Source: a virus. From it: a DNA stretch of 64,000 nucleotides. The first letter of the stretch is position 1, and every line of letters begins with the position of its first letter. Shown here one piece after another: positions 46,645 to 54,715 of this stretch. The DNA is taken from positions 1 through 64,000 of IMG/VR virus record IMGVR_UViG_3300018080_000121. One strand, written 5' to 3'. The translations under genes were made by a program, and so were the position numbers. A model generated the notes under the pieces. The model ran no database searches and was not told where the DNA came from. It saw nothing but the letters and a program-made list of their open reading frames with translations.

Positions 46645-49600
46645 GTCACTTAAGCAGTATACTCATCTGGTTGATGGAATTCGATTTCCAAAAAATAGGA
46701 ACGAACCATTTTTACTAGTTTATATGAGTGAGAACTCTACGTTGTTAGATGATTATACTAAGTTAAATCTTCGAAGAACCGATGCGCGGTTTGTTATGGT
46801 TCCGTTAACTAAGATACCTATTTCCAGAATGACAGCTGAGTTAAAAAAATTATATAAGACTCAAGGGTTATACGCATATTCTACATCCCAAAAAGTTCCT
46901 GAAGGACAGAATTTAATTTACGATCTAAGTAACTTTTTGAAAACAATGGACACTACTTATAATGTCAAAACGTACCGACAGCGAGCAGGATTCTTGTTGA
47001 AAAATATGTTGTTAAAAGTTGCAAATTCATACCCTCCCAACTATCAAAAAATACTAATCTATTCAGTTGATACAACAAAATCTATGAATTCATTTATAGA
47101 TAGAAAGATATTTCCTTTGTTGATTCAATTGAAAAAAGAACCTTTCCAATTTGATCATCTAATTCTTAATACCATTGGTGATGCAACTTCTAGGTATCGT
47201 CTTCTAATTAAAGACAGACAATTTAATTTCAATAGAATTCACCAATTTCTAAAGAAGATTAGGCTATTAGATCCCGAAAAAGAGAAAGAAGAACAATTAG
47301 TAAATGCGACTAGTGCGGTCATGAATCGAATTGATGCTGACATTGAACCTAGTAACAAAAGTAAAATAAGGGACGCAATTGTTAGATTTTTTAAGAGAAG
47401 TCCTAAGTCTTTAGAGAAGGCGAGTATTGATTCTATAGATGATAATGAAGCTCAGGAAATCGCTACAGCGTCAATTCTATTTAAAGCGAATGGTGATTTG
47501 TATAGAGCTAGAAGAACCGCCAAATCAATTCCTACAACAAATAAGAAAGCCGCTTTAAAAGTGGTAGATAAACGATATTCTGATGAGCTTTTAAAACCTC
47601 ATAAAACCGAAACTTTATCTGATGATGTAATAGTCCAAGTGGCTAACATTCCAAAAGCTGTAGGGAATAAATCACCGGAGCATATATTTGAGAAACGAAA
47701 AATAGACTTTGCAACTAATCTAAAGAAGGATATGACTAACTCATTTCGAGTTCTCCAGTCAAAAGAGGTCCCATTAAAAGTAGCTAGTGTAAAGATAATA
47801 CAAAAACCAAGTCGTTCTGGAGAATTGCGCAAATCAGATGTTAGTACAATTCAAGTTACTCTTACTGACAAATTTAGAAGAAAACATGTTGTTGATATTG
47901 ATATTCCTAACGTGGGTGAAGATGGTACCTTTTATGTAAATGGTAAACGCAAATGTCTCATTAACCAAATAGTACTTTGTCCTATTTCGTTTCCTAAACC
48001 TTATGATGCTAAGTTTGAGAGTAGTTATTCAACTTTCCATATTTGGAGCAAGAGAACCAAAAGAGAACAGTACTTAGAAGGGTATATTGGTTCATACAAA
48101 CTCCCTCTAATGATACTTCTGGCGTTTAGTTTTGGTTGGGAAGAAACTCTTAAATTGTATGATATCACTCATGAATTTGTAACAGAGAAACCAAGTAAAG
48201 AAGTTGGGTGGAGATATAAATTAGCTGATGACAGATATCTTATTTTTGGAAATGTTGATACCCCATTAAAGGAGGAAATGTGTCAATCGTTTATCCACGC
48301 AAATGTTGCTGCTTATAAACTCAATCAAGAATTTGGAACTAAAGAATATTTTAATGATTTGATTATTAAAATAAGTGGGCGTATTAATTCCACCTTCTTA
48401 ATCGAGTCAAACCTTGAGAATATTGTTGATCCTGTAGCAAGACAGGTGTTAATCAACCAACAACTACCAAGTGATTTATACCTGATTATGAAATATATGG
48501 CTTCAAAGGTAGTAACGGGGTTTACACAAAAACGCAATGACATATCAAACCAGCGAATTAGGAACTCTGAGATATTGGTCCATTTGGCACAGAAACAAAT
48601 ACTTGCTGCCTATACCGAATACAAAGAGCAAGTCCTGGCCGGAAATAAAAAAGCTAATTTTGAGTTGTCACAAACTAAAGTGTTGTCTGATTTTATCAAT
48701 TCCGAAATTGTTTCTGATATGGAGTATGCAAATCCTGTAGAAGAGATGGCTACAAAAACAAGGGTCTCTCCTGTTGGAAAGACTATTGGTGGTATTCCAG
48801 ACAAACAAGCTATCCAAAATGAAGGTCGAAATGTTCATGATTCTATGTTTGGAAATATTGATACATTAGATACTCCTGAAGGACCAAATGTTGGCATTGT
48901 CCAACAATTAACAGTAGACGCATACATCACATCAGCTCGAGGACTTATTGCGACAAAGGATATTAAAGAGGGAGAAGACTCTGGCTTACTTTCTACTACT
49001 AGTTCGCAAATTCCATTTGTTGAAAATAACGATGGGAATAGAGTAATGTTCGGATGTAATCAATCTAGACAAGCAATACCTCTTAAAAACCCAGAACCAC
49101 CAATGATTCAAACGGGATATGAATCTATCCTTACTAACGTTTTATCTGATGCGTTTGTAAAGAGAGCGCCTTGTGCTGGAAAGATAAAAGAGATAACAGA
49201 TGATTTCATTAAAGTAGCTTGTAAGGGTGGTCCTGCAAAGAAAGTAGATATAATTCCTGTTCATTTGAGATCTGGGTCTGGAAAAGATACTCTCAGTGTT
49301 TTTAATCCAAAAGTAAAAGTTGGTCAATCTGTTGCTAATAATCAAATTATTGCAGAAGGTGCCTGTATATCTCAAGGCACTATTGCTCTTGGTAGGACTC
49401 TTTGTGTAGCTTATATGCCTTACAAAGGTTATAATTTTGAGGACGGAATTGTAATTGCAGAGTCGGTTGCTAAAGAAGAAAAACTAACATCTCTCCATGG
49501 AATCATGGAAGAAGTTCTTGTTTCAAGAGATGATAGAATCACTTTTATGACAGAACTTGGAACAAAAACTAAAAGGGGTGATCCGTTAATTCGTAAGACA

Positions 49601-50722
49601 ATAGGAGAAGTTGAACAACTTATTGGTTATGAAGAAGAGGTAGAAGGGGAAGAAATTGTATCAGGACATTTTATCAAAAAATCCCCTGGAGGTGTTGTAG
49701 TTGATATTGAAGTGTTTTCAAATGTTCCAGAAAGTAAATTCCCAGATTTAAAACCTCTCATTCAACGAACAAGATCTCGATATAAAGTTCAACCAAAAGA
49801 GAAATTTACAGTTCGTGGTGAAACTGTAAAGGGTGTGTTGATTAGATTTAAAGTTGAACAAGAATTACCGATTGGAGTTGGAGATAAATTAACAAATCGA
49901 CATGGTGCGAAAGGTATTGTATCGTTGATTGAGAAAGATGAATTGATGCCACGGACTCCTACCGGAGATAAAATTGAAGTAATTTTAAACCCAATCGGTG
50001 TTATTGGTAGAATGAACGTTGGACAATTATATGAAATGTATGTTGGGTTAATCTCCAGAGAATTAGGTAGAAGGATAATAGCTGGGAAGAGTAAATCAAA
50101 AGCTGTAGCTCTGATGAAAAGTGTCTTACCAAAACTAGATACAACAAAGAATAAAGAATTCAGTAAAACATTAATTCGAAAATTTCAGGGATTGAATGCA
50201 ACTAAATTTAAACAGTTTATGGATCAAGTAAGTCAATCAAATAATATGACGATCCTAGTACCACCATTTAAAGCTCCAAGTTATCCTGAGATACTTTCAG
50301 CAATGAAAATGTTGAAATTGAAGCCGGGTTATAAGTTAAAGCTTCCAGAGTATAACACAACAACAAAACATGAAGTCCCAATCGGATATCAATACATTTT
50401 GAAACTCGAACATATTGGAGCTGAGAAACTGCACGTTAGAAGTACAGGTCCGATAACAAGTAAGACAATGCAACCGACTTCGGGTAAACGAAGAGAGGGT
50501 GGTCAGAGAATGGGTGAGTTGGATACATACTCGTTTATATCTTATAATTGTCCAAACTTGTTAGCAGAATTTTTTGGACCACTTTCAGATGACCATGTGA
50601 CAAAGAATCAAATTTTGTCCGATATTATACAGACAGGTAGTGCTCAGTATAGACCACCTAAAGCATCACCTGTCCGAGATTTGTTAAATTCATATTTTGT
50701 TTCATTAATGATAGGGAGGTAG
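46631..50722 (+). CDS. rpoB: Phage RNA polymerase beta subunit with long N-terminal extension
   Basis: GTFYVNG, DTPEGPNVG, NNDGNRVMFGCNQSRQA, GYNFEDG, GDKLTNRHGAKG, RMNVGQ, GGQRMGELD. Confidence 0.95.
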   Translation: MIQFKSLKQYTHLVDGIRFPKNRNEPFLLVYMSENSTLLDDYTKLNLRRTDARFVMVPLTKIPISRMTAELKKLYKTQGLYAYSTSQKVPEGQNLIYDLSNFLKTMDTTYNVKTYRQRAGFLLKNMLLKVANSYPPNYQKILIYSVDTTKSMNSFIDRKIFPLLIQLKKEPFQFDHLILNTIGDATSRYRLLIKDRQFNFNRIHQFLKKIRLLDPEKEKEEQLVNATSAVMNRIDADIEPSNKSKIRDAIVRFFKRSPKSLEKASIDSIDDNEAQEIATASILFKANGDLYRARRTAKSIPTTNKKAALKVVDKRYSDELLKPHKTETLSDDVIVQVANIPKAVGNKSPEHIFEKRKIDFATNLKKDMTNSFRVLQSKEVPLKVASVKIIQKPSRSGELRKSDVSTIQVTLTDKFRRKHVVDIDIPNVGEDGTFYVNGKRKCLINQIVLCPISFPKPYDAKFESSYSTFHIWSKRTKREQYLEGYIGSYKLPLMILLAFSFGWEETLKLYDITHEFVTEKPSKEVGWRYKLADDRYLIFGNVDTPLKEEMCQSFIHANVAAYKLNQEFGTKEYFNDLIIKISGRINSTFLIESNLENIVDPVARQVLINQQLPSDLYLIMKYMASKVVTGFTQKRNDISNQRIRNSEILVHLAQKQILAAYTEYKEQVLAGNKKANFELSQTKVLSDFINSEIVSDMEYANPVEEMATKTRVSPVGKTIGGIPDKQAIQNEGRNVHDSMFGNIDTLDTPEGPNVGIVQQLTVDAYITSARGLIATKDIKEGEDSGLLSTTSSQIPFVENNDGNRVMFGCNQSRQAIPLKNPEPPMIQTGYESILTNVLSDAFVKRAPCAGKIKEITDDFIKVACKGGPAKKVDIIPVHLRSGSGKDTLSVFNPKVKVGQSVANNQIIAEGACISQGTIALGRTLCVAYMPYKGYNFEDGIVIAESVAKEEKLTSLHGIMEEVLVSRDDRITFMTELGTKTKRGDPLIRKTIGEVEQLIGYEEEVEGEEIVSGHFIKKSPGGVVVDIEVFSNVPESKFPDLKPLIQRTRSRYKVQPKEKFTVRGETVKGVLIRFKVEQELPIGVGDKLTNRHGAKGIVSLIEKDELMPRTPTGDKIEVILNPIGVIGRMNVGQLYEMYVGLISRELGRRIIAGKSKSKAVALMKSVLPKLDTTKNKEFSKTLIRKFQGLNATKFKQFMDQVSQSNNMTILVPPFKAPSYPEILSAMKMLKLKPGYKLKLPEYNTTTKHEVPIGYQYILKLEHIGAEKLHVRSTGPITSKTMQPTSGKRREGGQRMGELDTYSFISYNCPNLLAEFFGPLSDDHVTKNQILSDIIQTGSAQYRPPKASPVRDLLNSYFVSLMIGR

Positions 50723-50727
50723 TTACA

Positions 50728-51048
50728 ATGATTACTGACGCTTACTTAGAGTTCCTAACTGAGCAAGATGAGGGTGAAGAAGAAAAGAAGCCTTTTTATA
50801 AAAGAGGATCTTTTTGGAAGAAAGCTGGCGCTGTTGCTGCATTAGGTGCAGCTGGATACGCTGGTCATAAATATGGTGGAAGAGCAGCAGCTGCGGCTAA
50901 AAGTGCTGCAGAGAAAGTTGGACAACGAACCGGACTTACCGCCGGCATGAAAGCTATGCGAGCATCGTTGAAAAGTCAGGCAGCTGAGCGAGCAAAAGCT
51001 AAGGCTGCCAAAGCCGCTCAAGCTAAACAACCAGCAACAACGGTATAA
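50728..51048 (+). CDS. Ala/Lys-rich putative head-internal protein
   Basis: Leader TDAYLEFLTE; AGAVAALGAAGYAG segment. Confidence 0.6.
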   Translation: MITDAYLEFLTEQDEGEEEKKPFYKRGSFWKKAGAVAALGAAGYAGHKYGGRAAAAAKSAAEKVGQRTGLTAGMKAMRASLKSQAAERAKAKAAKAAQAKQPATTV

Positions 51049-51049
51049 T

Positions 51050-51634
51050 ATGGATAGATCTAAAATTCTAATGGGAGCAAGTGTTGCCCCATTGGAGATG
51101 GATGATGAGGATCTTTGGGGACAGCAAGAAGACGCTTCTATCCAGTATGATGTTCTAGAATTAGTTGACGCTATTGATAAGTTAGAGTTTAAGTCTTTAT
51201 ACTTAAACTCAATTAATAATATCAAAGCAGAAACAGTACCTGCTCAACGAGACTTTTGTCAGAAGTTTCTTATAAAAGTAAAAGAATTATATGATTTTGA
51301 GTTTCTCCCACATCCCGAATTAGAAAACCAAATCGACATGAACAACGTTTATGATCTTTTAGAGTTTCTGAATTTTGGGTGTATACCCTTCCTTGGGGAT
51401 GTGTGGAGATTCCTCAAAGTCGATTTAAGAAAAATTGATGTGATATCTTTCTGCACCCAAAACGAGGATAAAGTTATCTCTGAGATTGAGGACCAGATTC
51501 AATCACACGATTATAGCGAGTTAATTTCTATATTTCTTAGAACATATAATAAAGAAAGTATGGTAAGTTGGTTTGCGAGAATGACCCAACGTTATAAAAT
51601 GTTGGTGTTACTAAGAATCGCGGAAGGGATGTAA
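51050..51634 (+). CDS. Hypothetical protein
   Basis: Operon-coupled ORF. Confidence 0.7.
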   Translation: MDRSKILMGASVAPLEMDDEDLWGQQEDASIQYDVLELVDAIDKLEFKSLYLNSINNIKAETVPAQRDFCQKFLIKVKELYDFEFLPHPELENQIDMNNVYDLLEFLNFGCIPFLGDVWRFLKVDLRKIDVISFCTQNEDKVISEIEDQIQSHDYSELISIFLRTYNKESMVSWFARMTQRYKMLVLLRIAEGM

Positions 51635-51635
51635 A

Positions 51636-51893
51636 ATGAGTGAATTTCGAATTGAGTTAAAGAAAGGGTCTGCTAAATTAGTGGCTGACCGAGAAGAACT
51701 GGTTGGAGTTTCTGAAACACATGAAGGTCTTGTATTCAATTTCAAGGGCGGTATGAATGTTGTAATACATGATGATTATATGTCCAGTTCTGTGAAGAAA
51801 AGGGTTACTAATGCAGATCGTCAATTTGCTGAGGGAAATCTCATTTTTGATATGGATAATCCTCGGGCACCTGTCCTTGTGGACACCACTTAA
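51636..51893 (+). CDS. Hypothetical protein
   Basis: Operon-coupled ORF. Confidence 0.65.
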   Translation: MSEFRIELKKGSAKLVADREELVGVSETHEGLVFNFKGGMNVVIHDDYMSSSVKKRVTNADRQFAEGNLIFDMDNPRAPVLVDTT

Positions 51894-51917
51894 AAATTCT
51901 ATATAAAAATCAAGATC

Positions 51918-51929
51918 TATATATATTAA
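51918..51929 (+). promoter_or_regulatory. TATATATATTAA motif (candidate early promoter)
   Basis: Same motif class as 15266 and 40174; heads the right-arm operon. Confidence 0.5.
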
Positions 51930-52132
51930 TATACAGATAGGAATATTTGTATTTACAGATGTTCCTGAATACCAATCAATTAAAACACAGATAAGGGGAT
52001 AAGTTTGCAATCACATAGTCGATTTCGAAAAACGGGAGGTATGGGTTTCTTCCGTTGTCATGGAAAGGGGGTGGGGCGACTGGGTCGTTGGGCAATTCAG
52101 GTTAACCATTAGGGCAGCAAGAAGGGAACGAG

Positions 52133-52309
52133 GTGGCGAAGAAACAGGACGTGAAGAAGCTGAGAAGAAGAGTCATACATTATTATGAGCAGGCAGCGCT
52201 ACCTGTACTTATTAAAGAAGCGCAGGATCTTGGACTACGAATTCCGAAAGCCATTTTAATGGAATTTGAAAAAACGCGTCAAGATTCTCCAATGCACAAC
52301 CAAGGCTAA
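52133..52309 (+). CDS. 58-aa ORF (not in ORF track)
   Basis: GTG start after AAGGGA; MAKKQDVKKLRRRVIHYYEQAALPVLIKEAQDLGLRIPKAILMEFEKTRQDSPMHNQG. Confidence 0.5.
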   Translation: MAKKQDVKKLRRRVIHYYEQAALPVLIKEAQDLGLRIPKAILMEFEKTRQDSPMHNQG

Positions 52310-52313
52310 ATAA

Positions 52314-52528
52314 CGATAGTGATGACCAACCTCGACGTTGGAGATTGCTATTGTATCGTATATAATGATCGACGCACCCGACTGCGATCGATGGTTATGT
52401 CAAATTTAGACAATGCGAGTCGCTAGCACTTGACTGCTAGGAACTCCATTCTAATCTTATGTCTAATCCTTAATTGGATTAGGTGTTTGATTGGAATGGG
52501 GTTTCTAGTGGTCAAGTGCTGGCGACTC
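52314..52528 (+). ncRNA. Candidate structured RNA: two stem-loops plus a 53-bp hairpin
   Basis: Hairpin 52417-52528 has 42 Watson-Crick pairs, 9 G.U and 2 U.U; stem-loops at 52314-52353 and 52361-52399; no Rfam family recognised by eye. Confidence 0.65.
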
Positions 52529-52588
52529 ACGCCTAAACCGTTTTCCGTTTTTGTCGTTTTTCGTTTGAATATTTTCGGGAGGTGCTTA

Positions 52589-53161
52589 ATGAGATTTGTC
52601 TCGGCTGAGCAATTTATAGAAAAGCTTGGCTGCAGGGTCTATCCGATAACACTGATTAAGTTTATGTTGAATAAACGGAGAATTTTACGTTACATTTCAG
52701 CAGCGGCAGGTGATGACTTTAAAGCAGCTAGCTACCAGGTGGGTCCAGAAGGATGCGAAGTATGTGAAAGTAAGAAAGAACAGAATATTCTATGTAGACA
52801 ACATACATCTATCCATCGTGTTCTTAATACTGACACAGTAGCATTTGATTTGGATACCAATTTGTACTTCTACAAGAATGAGATTTTTCGTATGGTAGGT
52901 AATCGACTTGTAATCGTATATTGTCCACATACAAAATTGATTATGGGTGAGCTTACCGACGATAAAGTACGGAAGGTAATTCCAATCACTGTAGAAGACC
53001 CTAAACTTACCTCCCTTCCTCAATATGCGAATGTTAAGAAATTTATATCTACCGAATTGATGTATAATCATATGAAATGCTGGTTTGACAGGGAGTTTTC
53101 AATAGTTACACTTCCAGATAATGGCGGAAGTAGTAATTGGTGTCTTATTACTAACAGATAG
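52589..53161 (+). CDS. Hypothetical Zn-finger protein
   Basis: SD GGGAGG then ATG 52589; CEVC...CRQH; the TTG 52430 extension is rejected. Confidence 0.7.
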   Translation: MRFVSAEQFIEKLGCRVYPITLIKFMLNKRRILRYISAAAGDDFKAASYQVGPEGCEVCESKKEQNILCRQHTSIHRVLNTDTVAFDLDTNLYFYKNEIFRMVGNRLVIVYCPHTKLIMGELTDDKVRKVIPITVEDPKLTSLPQYANVKKFISTELMYNHMKCWFDREFSIVTLPDNGGSSNWCLITNR

Positions 53162-53174
53162 GAGGATTTAAGAA

Positions 53175-54107
53175 ATGAGTAGTTACGAAGAGTACGCGGG
53201 TCTGGGAGAGACCGGGTATGAAGATCAAGAGCCAGTAAAGCCGGAGGATGAGTTTTTCCACGCCTTGTATATAGCTGGAAACTCAAGAGAAAACCATGCG
53301 GGTATTACTGAGCAATCAGGAAAGTTGCAGATAAGAGGTGTTGAGTATAATCTAGATGCCATAAATATGGTTATTACCCATGTTAAGAAAGTTCTGGTGA
53401 AGTCATCGAGAGATGCAAAGGGCAGAGAGAAACTGGAATGCTTCAGTTATAAAAAAGAGCCAAGACCTCCGTGGCATGGATTTGAAAATCGAGTATGTGG
53501 TTCTAACTCTGCTGAAAGAGCTGCAGATCAATGGTGCCAAGACTGTCGTGAACAGATTATCGTCGCCGGACTTTATTGTGATGCAAAGGGCAAACCGATC
53601 CTCAGCGAGGAGAAGAGACCCATTTTTATCTTTCTCAGGGGTAAGGGTATGAAATACAGTAATGTATCTGAGTACCTTGGGAGCATGTTTAAGTTGGATC
53701 TTGAACCAATGTTCCAACCTGTTACGGAAGAGAGCAAAGCGTTTGAGAAGAAAGTTGTGAATAACAAACGATTTGTTACTCAAATTGGAATGGGAAAACA
53801 ATCCTCGAATTATGGCGATAAAGATGTTTTCACTTTGACCAATACGGTTCAACTCGAAAACAAAAACGTACTTGAAGTATTGAAGATTGCGAAGCAGACT
53901 CAGGATAAATTCAATGAGAAAATGGACTGGACAAGGACTCCATCGACAAGTGGATATTCTCCGCAACAAGCTCCTGTTGACCAGTCCAATGTGATTCCTG
54001 ATTCTGAAGGGGGAGAAGCTCCAAAGCAACAAGAAGCATCTCCCGCTCAGCAACCACAACAAGCTCCAAAAGACGAGACCTTTAATTTTGAAGACATCAA
54101 TTTCTAA
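53175..54107 (+). CDS. Probable ssDNA-binding protein
   Basis: Four conserved-looking Cys, disordered Pro/Gln linker, acidic tail ending FNFEDINF. Confidence 0.55.
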   Translation: MSSYEEYAGLGETGYEDQEPVKPEDEFFHALYIAGNSRENHAGITEQSGKLQIRGVEYNLDAINMVITHVKKVLVKSSRDAKGREKLECFSYKKEPRPPWHGFENRVCGSNSAERAADQWCQDCREQIIVAGLYCDAKGKPILSEEKRPIFIFLRGKGMKYSNVSEYLGSMFKLDLEPMFQPVTEESKAFEKKVVNNKRFVTQIGMGKQSSNYGDKDVFTLTNTVQLENKNVLEVLKIAKQTQDKFNEKMDWTRTPSTSGYSPQQAPVDQSNVIPDSEGGEAPKQQEASPAQQPQQAPKDETFNFEDINF

Positions 54108-54303
54108 GGTCACTGATGTAAAATGTGTCGATGGAAAACGGCATAAGTGGGATAAAACAATCAAACATTGGGCGTGGTGTAAGAAATGTGGTTCTATAAC
54201 TAAGTTTCATTATCGCGCTCATCATGACAAACCATGGACACGAGTAAAAGAAAAAAGTATGCATGGCAATTATTTGATTGGAATTCCAGAACATTTACTC
54301 TAA
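54088..54303 (+). CDS. Small Cys/His protein (start uncertain)
   Basis: C..H..WCKKC pattern. Confidence 0.4.
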   Translation: MKTSISKVTDVKCVDGKRHKWDKTIKHWAWCKKCGSITKFHYRAHHDKPWTRVKEKSMHGNYLIGIPEHLL

Positions 54304-54328
54304 AGGATGAACCTATGGGAGGGACAAG

Positions 54329-54715
54329 ATGTCCCTCCCTTCAGAAAGGATGTTAAACATGAAGAGCCCTTGCGATGACTGTGTTGTTAGTATAATGTGC
54401 ACGGCGATGTGTGAGGAAGCTCTACCATATTACAAGAGTCTTGCCACTAAAGACCAAACCTTTGACCATGATCATTATTTCCATCGTGTTGAAAAGTATT
54501 GGGAGGACAAGGCGAGTGGGGTAGAGAGTCCCACGTCAATAAGGACAGAAGATTCTAATATAGAGTTACACCCAAAGGAGAAGAACGATGGCAAGAAACG
54601 TAGAACAAAAGTACTTCGAAAGATTGGACATCGCTGTGCTTCCTATCTCAAAGATAAAGTCCTTAATAAAAGGAGACATCTTGGGAACGCTGAATGCGTG
54701 GAGCAGCGGTCGTAA
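54329..54715 (+). CDS. PCxxC-family Cys-cluster protein
   Basis: SPCDDCVVSIMCTAMCEE. Confidence 0.55.
   Translation: MSLPSERMLNMKSPCDDCVVSIMCTAMCEEALPYYKSLATKDQTFDHDHYFHRVEKYWEDKASGVESPTSIRTEDSNIELHPKEKNDGKKRRTKVLRKIGHRCASYLKDKVLNKRRHLGNAECVEQRS

Noticed and set aside
52417-52528. Long hairpin as an integron attC site, SRP RNA, 6S RNA or tmRNA
   Set aside because: No correctly oriented RYYYAAC/GTTRRRY ends or integrase, no SRP GNRA loop motif, no 6S central bubble, no tRNA-like ends or tag peptide
52430-52588. TTG-initiated N-terminal extension of ORF 52430-53161
   Set aside because: It runs through the hairpin; a strong SD (GGGAGG) supports ATG 52589
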